Below, piece by piece: positions 51,932-62,134 of a stretch of 64,000 nt of DNA; positions within the stretch are counted from its first letter, which is position 1; every line of letters starts with the position of its first letter. The notes beneath the pieces are model-generated. The model had not been told where the DNA came from and did not search any database. It was given only the letters and a program-made list of their open reading frames with translations. A program made the position numbers and the translations under genes. The stretch is from Alphaproteobacteria bacterium. Lineage in GTDB: Bacteria > Pseudomonadota > Alphaproteobacteria > UBA2966. The stretch covers positions 608,001 through 672,000 of the forward strand of contig OZ219858.1 in NCBI GenBank assembly GCA_964291395.2. Reading direction: 5' to 3'.

Positions 51932-53062
51932 ATGCAAACCAGTCCGGATGTCGTCGAGGTTGCTCTCGGGGACCGCAGCTATCGCATTCACATCGGCGCA
52001 AACGTTCTGGAGATGGCGGGACAACTGCTGGCGCCCGTGCTCCGTCAAAAGCGCGTGGCGGTGGTGACCGACGAGAATGTGGCGGCCCGACATCTCCCGG
52101 CCTTCGTGGCTTCACTCGACTCGTCGTCGATCTCGTACGAATCGATAACGCTTCCCGCGGGAGAGCATGTCAAAAGCTTCGAGCATCTCGAAACGCTGCT
52201 CGACCACCTTCTTGAACTTGAGATCGAGCGGGACGACGCGATCGTCGCGCTTGGCGGTGGCGTCATCGGTGATCTCGCCGGATTTGCGGCGAGCATCTTA
52301 CGACGCGGTATCGACGTCATCCAGGTACCCACCACCCTCCTCTCCCAAGTCGACAGTTCCGTCGGCGGGAAGACCGCGATCAACACCCGCTGGGGTAAGA
52401 ATCTCATCGGCACGTTTCATCAGCCGAAGCTGGTTCTCGCGGATACCGCCGTGCTGGAGACCCTTCCGGAGCGTGATACGAGGGCAGGATACGCCGAAGT
52501 CGTCAAATACGGCCTGATCGAACAACCCGATTTCTTTGCTTGGCTGGAGGCAAACGGCGCGCGCGTCATCTCGGGAGACGCCGAGGCGACACGTCACGCA
52601 GTGGTGACGAGCTGCCGGACCAAGGCACGAATCGTTTCGGCGGACGAACGGGATACCGACTCCCGCGCCCTTTTGAATCTGGGACATACGTTCGCCCATG
52701 CCCTGGAAGCCGAAGTCGCCTACGAAGGCCGTTTATTGCATGGCGAGGCAGTTGCAATCGGAATGGTGAAGGCATTCGAATTGTCGTGTCGGCTAGGGTT
52801 CTGCACCGTCCAGGAGCTCGCCCGGGTGCGTCGCCACATTGCGGATGCCGGCCTTCCCACGACCGTCGCGTCGATCCCCGGGTTTGACGACGTCCGCCCC
52901 GAGACACTGCTTGAGCACATGCGACAAGATAAGAAGGTGCGTGGCGGCGGACGGCTGACGTTCGTCCTCAGCGAAGGTATCGGACAGGCATTCGTCACAT
53001 CCGAGGTCGAGGAGGAAGCGGTGATCGCAGTGCTCGGAGAGGGTCTGCCGGCGTCAGCGTGA
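51932..53062 (+). CDS. aroB: 3-dehydroquinate synthase
   Basis: GGGVIGDLAGF, PTTLLSQVDSSVGGKT, LNLGHTFAHALE and HGEAV. Confidence 0.97.
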   Translation: MQTSPDVVEVALGDRSYRIHIGANVLEMAGQLLAPVLRQKRVAVVTDENVAARHLPAFVASLDSSSISYESITLPAGEHVKSFEHLETLLDHLLELEIERDDAIVALGGGVIGDLAGFAASILRRGIDVIQVPTTLLSQVDSSVGGKTAINTRWGKNLIGTFHQPKLVLADTAVLETLPERDTRAGYAEVVKYGLIEQPDFFAWLEANGARVISGDAEATRHAVVTSCRTKARIVSADERDTDSRALLNLGHTFAHALEAEVAYEGRLLHGEAVAIGMVKAFELSCRLGFCTVQELARVRRHIADAGLPTTVASIPGFDDVRPETLLEHMRQDKKVRGGGRLTFVLSEGIGQAFVTSEVEEEAVIAVLGEGLPASA

Positions 53063-53167
53063 CACCCCGATGACAAACGAAATCTGGAACCCATCCACGA
53101 TACATCGCGGCACGGCCTCTCTCTCTCCAGTTGATCTCTTCGCCGCTCCGCATACGGACCAGCAAAC

Positions 53168-54451
53168 TTGGAATTAGCGCTCCTCTTTTCCCTGATTGCG
53201 ATCGCAGGTTTGCTGGTGCTGTCGGCCCTGTTCTCGGGCTCGGAGACCGCCCTTACAGCATCGAACCGGGCCCGAATTCATCATCTGCTCCGCAAGGGAA
53301 ACAAGCGGGCACGCACCGTGACAAGGCTGATGGAAACGCGGGAACATCTGATCGGCGCGATCCTGCTGGGCAATAATCTGGTGAACATTCTTGCCTCTGC
53401 TCTCGCGACGAGCATTTTGATCGGTTTTTTCGGAGACCTCGGCGTTGCGATCGCGACCGTGGTGATGACGACCCTCGTGCTGATCTTCTCGGAAATCCTC
53501 CCCAAAACCTATGCGCTATCCAATGCGGATCGGGTTGCACTGGGCGTGGCACCGACCATCCGGGTCTTTGTCGCGTTGTTTTCGCCCATCACGCGCGCCT
53601 TGAACTTCGTCGTCAGCGCGACGCTGTGTTTGCTTGGCGCCGGCAGAGGGTCTTCCAGGATCGCGACGGCGAGCGAGGAGATTCGCAGCACGATCGATTT
53701 GCACGCCCAGGAGGGAGAAGTCGTAAAGCACGAGAGGGACATGCTCGGCAGCATCCTAGATCTGACCGACGTCGAGGTCGACGAGGTCATGGTCCATCGT
53801 GGGAACATGTTCGCCGTCAATGTGGACGACGCCACGTCGAGCCTCGTCGAGCAGATCCTGTCGAGTCCCTACACACGCGTTCCCGTTTGGCGGGATGATC
53901 CGGACAACATCGTCGGTATCGTTCACGTCAAGGACTTGCTGAAGGCATTGCACAACCATCAAGGACCGCTGGACGATCTCGACGTGATGGCGGTGATCAA
54001 CGAACCCTGGTTCGTTCCCGAAACCACGTCGCTTCGCCAACAGCTCAACGCATTTCGTCGACGTCGCGCCCATGTCGCTCTCGTGGTGGACGAGTACGGT
54101 ACCCTGATGGGCCTTGTGACCCTGGAAGACATTCTGGAAGAGATCGTCGGCGATATCGCGGACGAGCACGACGTACCGGCACCGACGGTGCGGGCACTTG
54201 GCGACGGCTCCTACATCGTCGAGGGTGGAACAACGATCCGCGACCTCAATCGTCTGTTCGACTGGAACTTGCCCGACGAAGAGGCGGCGACGGTGGCTGG
54301 ACTCGTGATCTACAACGCCCAAGTCATCCCGGAAGTCGGCCAGATATTCGCTTTTTACGACTTCAGGTTTGAAGTCCTACGGCGCCACAGGAACCGGATC
54401 GTATCTTTGCGCGTGACACCGCCCACGAAGCAGCGGGCCGAAGCTTCGTGA
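53168..54451 (+). CDS. HlyC/CorC (CNNM) family transporter
   Basis: FSGSETA, LGNNLVN and EILPK (DUF21), a CBS pair (VDEYG) and a CorC C-terminal domain; TTG start. Confidence 0.93.
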   Translation: MELALLFSLIAIAGLLVLSALFSGSETALTASNRARIHHLLRKGNKRARTVTRLMETREHLIGAILLGNNLVNILASALATSILIGFFGDLGVAIATVVMTTLVLIFSEILPKTYALSNADRVALGVAPTIRVFVALFSPITRALNFVVSATLCLLGAGRGSSRIATASEEIRSTIDLHAQEGEVVKHERDMLGSILDLTDVEVDEVMVHRGNMFAVNVDDATSSLVEQILSSPYTRVPVWRDDPDNIVGIVHVKDLLKALHNHQGPLDDLDVMAVINEPWFVPETTSLRQQLNAFRRRRAHVALVVDEYGTLMGLVTLEDILEEIVGDIADEHDVPAPTVRALGDGSYIVEGGTTIRDLNRLFDWNLPDEEAATVAGLVIYNAQVIPEVGQIFAFYDFRFEVLRRHRNRIVSLRVTPPTKQRAEAS

Positions 54452-54541
54452 TCCCATCTTCCTCCGTGTGCCGGGCAGCCGATTCGCTGTCTCCGCCCCC
54501 GTCGCGCTTTCGGACGCAGCCGGAATGAACGACGGCCCCGC

Positions 54542-55429
54542 GTGAACCAGGGCATCGTCGTACAGCTGATCCCGGTGCTCGCACCGGTGCTCATCGCCAT
54601 CGCCATCGGCTATGCCTGGACTAAGCTCGGCCGCGACTTCGACGTCCGATTCCTCGCCAACATGATCCACAACGTCGGCATGCCCTGCCTGATTTTCTCG
54701 ACCTTGACCAAGGTCGACGTAGACCCCGAGGTCTTCGTCGATATGGCGTGGGCCTCGGTCGCTACCCACCTCGCGTTCCTCATCATCGGCGCGTTCGTGC
54801 TGCGCGCAGCGCGCTTGCCGCTCTCGGTTTACCTCAACGGCATGGTCTATCCGAATGCCGGGAACATCGGCCTACCTCTGTGTCTGTTCGCCTTCGGCGA
54901 GCTCGGACTGGCACTGTCCACCGCTTGGTTCACCATCGATTCGGTCATGGTTGCGACCCTGGGCGTATGGGTGGCGTCGGGACGGTTCACCATGGGGGAC
55001 TTGATGCGGGCGCCGCTCCTCTATGCCGCGCTCGGTGCAGTGATGTTTCTCGCGAGCGGGACCAAACCGCCGGTGTGGCTCGCCAATACCACCGGCCTGA
55101 TCGGCGGCTTGGCGATCCCGCTGTTGCTCGTCATGCTCGGCGTATCGCTGGGAACACTGCGGGTAACCAATCTCCGCCGCGCCTTTCTGCTCTCCCTGTT
55201 GAGATTGGGAATGGGATTCGCGATCGGCGTCGTCGCGGCAGACCTGTTCACGTTCGATGGCGTGGAACGGGGGGTCTTGATCATCAACTGCGCCTTGTCG
55301 GTTGGAATGGTCAATTATCTCATCTCCCAGTACTACGACCGGGAACCCCAGGAAGTGGCGGCGATGGTCGTGGTATCGGGTTTCATTTCGATTGCGACTC
55401 TCCCCTTGCTCGTGGCGTACGTGCTGTGA
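54542..55429 (+). CDS. AEC (auxin efflux carrier) family transporter, copy 1
   Basis: Multi-TM protein with PCLIFSTL and PNAGNIGLPLCLFAFG. Confidence 0.9.
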   Translation: MNQGIVVQLIPVLAPVLIAIAIGYAWTKLGRDFDVRFLANMIHNVGMPCLIFSTLTKVDVDPEVFVDMAWASVATHLAFLIIGAFVLRAARLPLSVYLNGMVYPNAGNIGLPLCLFAFGELGLALSTAWFTIDSVMVATLGVWVASGRFTMGDLMRAPLLYAALGAVMFLASGTKPPVWLANTTGLIGGLAIPLLLVMLGVSLGTLRVTNLRRAFLLSLLRLGMGFAIGVVAADLFTFDGVERGVLIINCALSVGMVNYLISQYYDREPQEVAAMVVVSGFISIATLPLLVAYVL

Positions 55430-56301
55430 TCGCCGAAGTCTTCGGCGTCGTTGCTCCCGTCCTGTTCGGCGCCGCTCTAGGGTTCGGCTGGGCCCGGTTC
55501 GGACCTGCCTTCAACACCGAGTTGCTGGCGTCGCTGGTGTTGGTAGTCGGCACGCCATGCTTGATTTTCTCGACACTGACGAGATTCAGCGTCGACCTTC
55601 ACGCGGTCGGGACCATGGCACTGGCCGCGTTGATGTCCATCATCGTTATCTCGGCGGTCGGCGGTGCGATCCTGTTCGCGACACGACAACCGGTCGGTGC
55701 CTTTCTCCCCTCCCTACTATTTCCGAACTCGGGCAACATGGGGTTACCCCTTTGTCTGTTCGCATTCGGTGACGAAGGGTTGGCCCTGGGCATCGCCTTC
55801 TTCACCGTGACGTCCGTAGGGAACTTCACGCTCGGGGTCTGGCTCGCTTCGGGCGGCAAGTCTCCCGTGCGGTTGCTGCAGACACCGTTGATCTGGGCCG
55901 CGCTGGCCGGGGTGGCGTTTCTGGCCGCCGGGATCAAGCCGCCCCTCTGGTTGTCCAATACGACACGATTGATCGGCGACTTCACGATTCCGGCGATTCT
56001 GATCGCTCTGGGAGTCGCCCTGGCCAAATTGCGAGTGGCCAATATGGGGCGCGCGGCGCTGATCGGCGTCCTCCGTCTGGGCCTCGGAGTCGTATTGGGA
56101 TTATCGCTGGCGGAACTGCTCCACTTCGAGGGTGCCGCGCGAGGAGTGGTCATACTCCAGTGCGCGATGCCGGTGGCCGTTTACAACTTCCTGTTTGCCC
56201 AGCGGTATGGTAACGCTCCGTCCGACGTGGCGGGCGGCGTCGTTGTCTCGACGGCGATATCTTTTCTGACACTGCCGTTCCTGATCGCTTACCTTCTTTG
56301 A
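55426..56301 (+). CDS. AEC family transporter, copy 2
   Basis: GTGA overlap start; PCLIFSTL, PNSGNMGLPLCLFAFG and QCAMPVAV. Confidence 0.9.
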   Translation: MIAEVFGVVAPVLFGAALGFGWARFGPAFNTELLASLVLVVGTPCLIFSTLTRFSVDLHAVGTMALAALMSIIVISAVGGAILFATRQPVGAFLPSLLFPNSGNMGLPLCLFAFGDEGLALGIAFFTVTSVGNFTLGVWLASGGKSPVRLLQTPLIWAALAGVAFLAAGIKPPLWLSNTTRLIGDFTIPAILIALGVALAKLRVANMGRAALIGVLRLGLGVVLGLSLAELLHFEGAARGVVILQCAMPVAVYNFLFAQRYGNAPSDVAGGVVVSTAISFLTLPFLIAYLL

Positions 56302-56421
56302 GGACCCAATGTTCCTCAACGTTGGGCAGGACGGTTTCCGGCACCGTAGCAGACGCCCGATGATCATGATTCCGGGTGAAGTCCCGGATTCTCTGGAAAA
56401 TCTGGTAGGGATGTATCCTCG

Positions 56422-56616
56422 TTGAAGATTCACAAATCGGTGCCGGTTGCCGCCGACCTCAAAAGCGCGAAGTTCTACTGCCCGACCGCCGATGAGATGA
56501 AGCTCTGGCGGCAAGGAGCGGTCGGTGTGTGGGTCGATTTCAAGGGTTCATTCGATTCGGGAATATCGAGCCAAACGAATGCGGCCGTTATCTCCCAGTT
56601 ATTGTTTGGAGGATGA
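56422..56616 (+). pseudogene. Possible C-terminal remnant of a TRAP-type solute-binding protein gene
   Basis: LKSAKFYCPTADEMKLWRQGAVGVWVDFKGSFD resembles DctP C-terminal helices, judged by eye only. There are in-frame stops upstream. Confidence 0.3.
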
Positions 56617-56700
56617 TGGTCAATGATAATGAGAGCCGATCGGGGAACGAGATTCCAAAGGGGAAACCCAGTCCCCCGCGTCTTATGACGACGGCCGAAG

Positions 56701-57741
56701 ATGGAATCACCTGCCGCATCCGGCCACCGGACGAGGCCAAGAATCGGAATCCTACCGGGCGACCCCAATGGAGTCGGACCGGAACTTCTGGTGAAGCTAC
56801 TGGCCGATCTCGACGATGAGACCAAAGCGGATGTCCTTGTCATCGGCGACGCTCACGTCATCGAGGCCGGGGCCCGCACCGCGGGCGTTGCAGTGTCGCT
56901 GCCGGAGTGGACAACCGATACCGAAGCGATGGCGGAGGGCGAAGCCGCGCATCTGGTGATGGAGACCATTGCCCCGGATGACGTGACCCCGGGAAAGGCG
57001 ACCGGGGCGGCCGGACGCTCGATGTTAAAGACGCTCGAGGCGGCGGTCGATCTCGCCGCGGCCGGCATGATCGATGGAGTTTGCTTTGCCCCGCTCAATA
57101 AGAGCGCCCTGTACCTGGGGGGCATGACGGAAGCCGACGAAATGCAGCACATCGCCGCCCATCTCGGCGTCAAGGGGCTGGCCCGCGAACTGAATGCGGT
57201 CGAGGGCCTGTGGACGACGCGCGTCACCAGCCATGTCGCCCTGAAGGACGTTGGCGGACTGATCAATGAGGAGGCGATCCTGGCGGCGGTGTGCCGGCTC
57301 CACGACACCATCTCGGACGCCGGCGTCGAACGGCCACGCCTTGCCGTCGCGGCGCTCAATCCTCATGCCGGAGACAACGGCAACTTCGGGCGCGAGGAGA
57401 TCGACATCATCGCGCCAGCCGTCGAGCGCGCGAAGGCGGAAGGCTTCGACGTCGTCGGTCCGTGGCCTCCGGACAGCGTGTTTTTGCTGGGCAAGGACGG
57501 CCGCGTGGACGGCATCGTGGCGATGTATCACGACCAGAGCCAGATCGCCATGAAGTTGCTGGGCTTCGATCGTGGCTTGACATTGCTTGGTGGCCTCCCC
57601 ATGCCCATAACGAGCCCGGCGCAAGGATCCGCCTACGACATCGTCGGCAAGGGGGTCGCGCGCGTCGGCGCTCTGCGCTTTGCATTCGATCTGGTTGTCA
57701 CGCTCGCGACCCGCCGTATCGCGAAAGCTCACTCCGCATGA
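56701..57741 (+). CDS. PdxA-family dehydrogenase (atypical; probably not the vitamin B6 enzyme)
   Basis: GDPNGVGPEL, APLNK, TSHVAL, LNPHAGD and MYHDQ. Lacks the canonical GHTE and RTSVDHGTA motifs. Confidence 0.88.
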   Translation: MESPAASGHRTRPRIGILPGDPNGVGPELLVKLLADLDDETKADVLVIGDAHVIEAGARTAGVAVSLPEWTTDTEAMAEGEAAHLVMETIAPDDVTPGKATGAAGRSMLKTLEAAVDLAAAGMIDGVCFAPLNKSALYLGGMTEADEMQHIAAHLGVKGLARELNAVEGLWTTRVTSHVALKDVGGLINEEAILAAVCRLHDTISDAGVERPRLAVAALNPHAGDNGNFGREEIDIIAPAVERAKAEGFDVVGPWPPDSVFLLGKDGRVDGIVAMYHDQSQIAMKLLGFDRGLTLLGGLPMPITSPAQGSAYDIVGKGVARVGALRFAFDLVVTLATRRIAKAHSA

Positions 57742-57870
57742 CCCCGGCGCGCGAATTTCGTAATTTGCTGGACGGTCCGGAACGCCTTTGGCCGTCGCTT
57801 GACGGGCGGCCTGATCGCCATCGATGAAGTGGGACCGTACGCGGCAAAAGGCATGAGCATGATCGCTCGA
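57738..57870 (+). pseudogene. Possible deleted remnant of a gene coupled to the pdxA-like gene (isocitrate lyase/PEP mutase-like?)
   Basis: ATGA-coupled start MTPAREFRNLLDGPERL, then GGLIAIDEVGPYAAKGMSMIA in another frame. The family guess is weak. Confidence 0.3.
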
Positions 57871-58062
57871 TGGTGCCGCGCGCGCTTCGCGGAGTCCAGA
57901 CCGATCAAGATTATCGGAAGCCGCAACCTCCCCTGCAACGAACGATGCGTGCGGCGTTTCGTTCTCGTTCGCGGCCTAGGCACGGCCTCCTGGCTTGTTC
58001 CCAAGGCACCGCCCTAGCGCTTCGACAATCCTTCGCCACCCTCCGGTGTGTGTGATCGAGAA

Positions 58063-58335
58063 TCAGGAGTTTTCGCTTGGGGATCGCACCCGGAGCGCGA
58101 GAGCGTGAACGCGGTCGCCAAGTTCATCCGCAAGTACGCGATGAACCATCCTCTGACGTTCTACGCGGGACATCCCATCGAAGGTCGAAGCCACGATTTC
58201 AACGCGAAAATGGGTCTCGCCTTCGGGACGCGCACCCGCGTGTCCCGCATGCAAATGCGACTCATCAATGATGTCGAGGTGAACCGGAGCGAACGCATCG
58301 GTTAGCTTGGCGTGTATGGAGTCGGCGACACTCAT
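58063..58335 (-). CDS. bolA: BolA family protein
   Basis: DESHLHAGH, ETHFRV, FDGMSRVERQRMV and VHAL. Confidence 0.95.
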   Translation of the reverse strand: MSVADSIHAKLTDAFAPVHLDIIDESHLHAGHAGARPEGETHFRVEIVASTFDGMSRVERQRMVHRVLADELGDRVHALALRVRSPSENS

Positions 58336-58495
58336 GCCCGTTTCCGCAAAGAGCTTTTGCGTCTCGCACGGTGATCCGCGGTCCCCGCCCTGTCAAGGAG
58401 ATACCACCGTTCCCGCGGACACGGGCCGGCGGGCACGCCATGGCGATGCCATGGCGACGGTTGTCAGTGTGTGGACCTGACTCCATACTTGAATC

Positions 58496-59083
58496 ATGCC
58501 ACCGTCGAAGCTCAAGGATTTTTCTCCAGCGCGAGCCGTGCGCGCCTGCGATCATCCGGAATGCGACGGGGAAGGTAAGTTTCGTGCCCCGAAGTCACCG
58601 AGTGATCTGAATACCTACTATTGGTTCTGTCTCGACCACGTCCGTGCGTACAACGCTACGTGGAACTATTTCGAGGGTATGTCGCAGGCCGAGATCGAGC
58701 GGTTTCAGAAGAGCGCGGTCACATGGCATCGTCCGACTTGGCCGTTCGTCAGCGATTTGCGTAACGACGGCGTCCGGCATTTCGCGCCGCGACGCGATTT
58801 TTTCGCCGGTTTTCGGGATGATTTTGGCGTCTTGTGGAGCGAAGGCGGGGATGGGGAGGCCGACAATGGCAGCCCGCGAAAGCGAGTGACGCCCGAAGAA
58901 AGACGCGCGTTGGCCGAACTGAACCTTGACTCGAACACGGACTTGCAACAAATCAAGGACCGGTACAAGGAACTCGTCAAGAAATTCCACCCCGACGCCA
59001 ACGGTGGCAGCAAGAAGGCCGAGGAAAGGCTCAAGGCCGTCAATCGGGCATATGGCTGCTTGCTGTCTTCCGGCTACGCCTGA
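58496..59083 (+). CDS. J-domain protein with N-terminal Cys/His motif
   Basis: CDHPEC...APKSP...WFCLDHVRAYN, and C-terminal YKELVKKFHPD. Confidence 0.92.
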   Translation: MPPSKLKDFSPARAVRACDHPECDGEGKFRAPKSPSDLNTYYWFCLDHVRAYNATWNYFEGMSQAEIERFQKSAVTWHRPTWPFVSDLRNDGVRHFAPRRDFFAGFRDDFGVLWSEGGDGEADNGSPRKRVTPEERRALAELNLDSNTDLQQIKDRYKELVKKFHPDANGGSKKAEERLKAVNRAYGCLLSSGYA

Positions 59084-59114
59084 AACGTAGCCCTCAACAA
59101 TACGGACGTAATTT

Positions 59115-60119
59115 ATGGATTCCACCGATACCGCGGTCGAAGGGGCTGAAAAGCCGCTCGGCGTTCCCGACATCACAGTGTCGGTCAATCAGGTGTTTAG
59201 CTTCGACACGGAGCTCCAGGCACCGGCGTTCTCGCAGACGCACGACTTAGTGCCCGACATCGACGAGGCTTACTGCTTTGATCGCGAGACGACACTCGCG
59301 ATCCTGGCCGGCTTCGCCTACAACCGCCGCGTCATGATCCAAGGCTACCACGGCACGGGAAAGTCGACTCACATCGAACAGGTTGCGGCTCGGCTCAACT
59401 GGCCGTGCATTCGAGTCAATCTGGACTCGCACATCAGCCGTATCGATCTCATTGGGAAGGACGCGATCGTGATTCGGGATGGCAAGCAGGTCACGGAATT
59501 CAGGGAGGGAATGCTCCCGTGGGCGCTGCAATCCGCGACTGCGCTCGTGTTCGACGAGTACGACGCCGGCCGGCCCGACGTGATGTTCGTCATCCAGCGG
59601 GCGCTGGAGGCAGAGGGCAAGCTGACGCTGCTCGACCAGAACAAGGTCATCCGGCCGCATCCAGCGTTCAGGCTGTTCTCCACGACCAATACCATCGGGC
59701 TCGGTGATACGACCGGCCTCTACCACGGCACCCAGCAGATCAACCAGGGTCAGATGGATCGATGGAATATCGTCTCGACCCTCAACTATTTGCCTCACGA
59801 GGCCGAACTCGAGATCGTCTTGGCCAAGACCCCGACTTACGACACCCCGGAGGGTCGGAAGATCGTTTCGAATATGGTCAATCTTGCGGATCTGACGCGC
59901 GCCGGATTCATGAACGGCGATCTATCCACAGTGATGTCGCCGCGGACGGTGATCACTTGGGCGGAGAACGCGAGCATCTTCGACGACATCGGCTTCGCGT
60001 TTCGGCTCACGTTTCTGAACAAGTGCGACGAAGTGGAACGCACGACCGTGGCCGAGTACTACCAGCGCTGTATTGGCGAAGAACTTCCGGAATCGGCGAC
60101 GAACATCCAATTGATGTAA
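59115..60119 (+). CDS. cobS: Cobaltochelatase subunit CobS (AAA+ ATPase)
   Basis: [25 protein letters not shown] and MSPRTV. Confidence 0.96.
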   Translation: MDSTDTAVEGAEKPLGVPDITVSVNQVFSFDTELQAPAFSQTHDLVPDIDEAYCFDRETTLAILAGFAYNRRVMIQGYHGTGKSTHIEQVAARLNWPCIRVNLDSHISRIDLIGKDAIVIRDGKQVTEFREGMLPWALQSATALVFDEYDAGRPDVMFVIQRALEAEGKLTLLDQNKVIRPHPAFRLFSTTNTIGLGDTTGLYHGTQQINQGQMDRWNIVSTLNYLPHEAELEIVLAKTPTYDTPEGRKIVSNMVNLADLTRAGFMNGDLSTVMSPRTVITWAENASIFDDIGFAFRLTFLNKCDEVERTTVAEYYQRCIGEELPESATNIQLM

Positions 60120-60150
60120 GCGTACCAACGGATCCAGTCGCCCTGAGACC

Positions 60151-62004
60151 ATGAGCCAGCCAGAAAGTCCGGTCGAACCGTTTAAACGGGCCGTCACCGC
60201 GGCAATGCGCGCCATCGCCGAGGACGATGAACTCGAAGTCTCCTACGGTTCGGAAGGCGCCGGCATCAGCGGCTCCAGGGCCAGACTGCCACTGCCGTCA
60301 CGAGAGCTGCCCCCGAGGGAGGTCGGCCAGATCCGTGGCATGGCGGATTCCCTCGCGCTGCGTGTCCGTCACCACGACGAACGGCTGCACGCCGCAAGAG
60401 CACCCAAGGGGCAGGACGCACGCGCTCTTTTCAATGCCGTGGAACTCGCTCGAGTCGAAGCGCTCGGCGCGCGGCGCATGGTCGGCGTCTCGCAGAACTT
60501 GAGCGACGCGCTCGAAAAGGAATGTGAAGCGCGCGGCTTCGCCAAGATGGAGCATCGAGAGCAGGCGCCCTTGGCCGACGCCGTCCGACTCATGCTGAGG
60601 GAACAGCTCACTGGGACGGTGGTACCGGAAAGCGGCCAACGCATTGTCGAGTTGTGGCGGGACGAGATCGTGGCCAAAGCGGGAGCTGATTTCCGGGAGC
60701 TCGCGGAAGCCATCGATGACCAGGCAGCGTTTGCTGCCGTGGCCCGGCGGCTTATCGCCCACCTCGACCTGGCCGAAGATTGGGAGGGCGAGGACGAAGA
60801 GCTGGAACAATCGTCCGACGAAGACCAACCGGATCAAGAAAATCAGGAAGACGAGGGCGACGGCACTCCGCCCGATGGCATGTCTGCCGAGACGGAGGAG
60901 GTGGCGGAAGGCGAAAGTTCCGGCGAAACCGACTTCGTCGCGTCCGATCAGATGCAGCCGCTGGGAGACGGGGAGGAGGACCCGGGAAAATCCGAACATC
61001 CCTGGTGGCCGGATGGATTTTACGGAGACAATGCCAACGAACCGCCATATCGGGCGTACTCCACCGGGTTCGATGAGATTGTCGAAGCTATCGAGCTTTG
61101 TGACGCCGAAGAGATGACACGCCTTCGTGCACAACTTGATCGGCAGGTCCAGCATCTCCAGACGGTCATCGGCCGACTCGCCAACCGTTTGCAACGCCGA
61201 CTCCTCGCCAAACAACAGCGTTCGTGGGAGTTCGACTTGGATGAAGGATTGCTCGATGCCGCCCGGCTGGCGCGGGTGGTCGCCAACCCGCTGCATTCCT
61301 TGTCCTACAAACAGGAAAAGGAAACGGATTTCCGCGATACGGTTGTGACGTTGCTGATCGACAATTCGGGCTCCATGCGCGGGCGGCCCATAAGCGTCGC
61401 GGCGACTTGCGCCGACATTCTCGCCCGTACTTTGGAACGCTGCGGAGTCAAGGTTGAGATCCTCGGTTTCACGACCCGAGCGTGGAAGGGGGGGCAGGCA
61501 CGGGAGCTCTGGCTTTCACGGGGCAAGCCGCCGAACCCCGGGCGCCTCAACGATCTCCGGCACATCATCTACAAAGGGGCCGACGAGCCCTGGCGGCGTG
61601 CCCGCAAGAGCCTGGGACTCATGTTGCGTGAAGGCATCCTCAAGGAAAACATCGATGGAGAGGCTCTGTTATGGGCACACCATCGTCTCCTGGGACGCCA
61701 CGAGCAGCGCCGGGTTTTGATGGTCATATCTGATGGCGCGCCCGTCGATGACTCGACCCTCTCGATCAATCCCGGCAACTATCTCGACAGGCACCTGCGG
61801 CAGGTCATTCACTGGATCGAGACACGCTCCCCCGTCGAGCTCGTGGCGATCGGTATCGGTCACGACGTGACGCGCTACTACCGAAGGGCGGTAACGATCG
61901 TCGACGCCGAGCAGTTGGGTGGAGCGATGATGGACAAGCTAGCCGAACTGTTCGACGAGGAACCTCAGTTCATGGTGCCGGCCGCTTCGAAACGTATCCA
62001 TTAG
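60151..62004 (+). CDS. cobT: Cobaltochelatase subunit CobT (VWA domain)
   Basis: Acidic linker, [20 protein letters not shown] and [11 protein letters not shown]. Confidence 0.96.
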   Translation: MSQPESPVEPFKRAVTAAMRAIAEDDELEVSYGSEGAGISGSRARLPLPSRELPPREVGQIRGMADSLALRVRHHDERLHAARAPKGQDARALFNAVELARVEALGARRMVGVSQNLSDALEKECEARGFAKMEHREQAPLADAVRLMLREQLTGTVVPESGQRIVELWRDEIVAKAGADFRELAEAIDDQAAFAAVARRLIAHLDLAEDWEGEDEELEQSSDEDQPDQENQEDEGDGTPPDGMSAETEEVAEGESSGETDFVASDQMQPLGDGEEDPGKSEHPWWPDGFYGDNANEPPYRAYSTGFDEIVEAIELCDAEEMTRLRAQLDRQVQHLQTVIGRLANRLQRRLLAKQQRSWEFDLDEGLLDAARLARVVANPLHSLSYKQEKETDFRDTVVTLLIDNSGSMRGRPISVAATCADILARTLERCGVKVEILGFTTRAWKGGQARELWLSRGKPPNPGRLNDLRHIIYKGADEPWRRARKSLGLMLREGILKENIDGEALLWAHHRLLGRHEQRRVLMVISDGAPVDDSTLSINPGNYLDRHLRQVIHWIETRSPVELVAIGIGHDVTRYYRRAVTIVDAEQLGGAMMDKLAELFDEEPQFMVPAASKRIH

Positions 62005-62008
62005 AACA

Positions 62009-62027
62009 GTTCCGGTTCGACCGGAAC
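62009..62027. terminator. Hairpin immediately after the cobT stop (possible terminator between convergent genes)
   Basis: GTTCCGGT-TCG-ACCGGAAC perfect 8-bp stem with no U tract. Confidence 0.35.
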
Positions 62028-62134
62028 CGCTCCCGCGTTCCTTGCCGCCTGCGGCGGTCCGACCCGAGGTCCGAGAGATCCGACTCTCCGACCGACGTAG
62101 TGCCTGTTCGAGAGCGCGGCAGACATGGGTCAAT

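Noticed and set aside
62058-62097. Clustered TCCGA/CCGAC words between cobT and the VUT gene
   Set aside because: Irregular spacing and very short units; consistent with low-complexity intergenic sequence.
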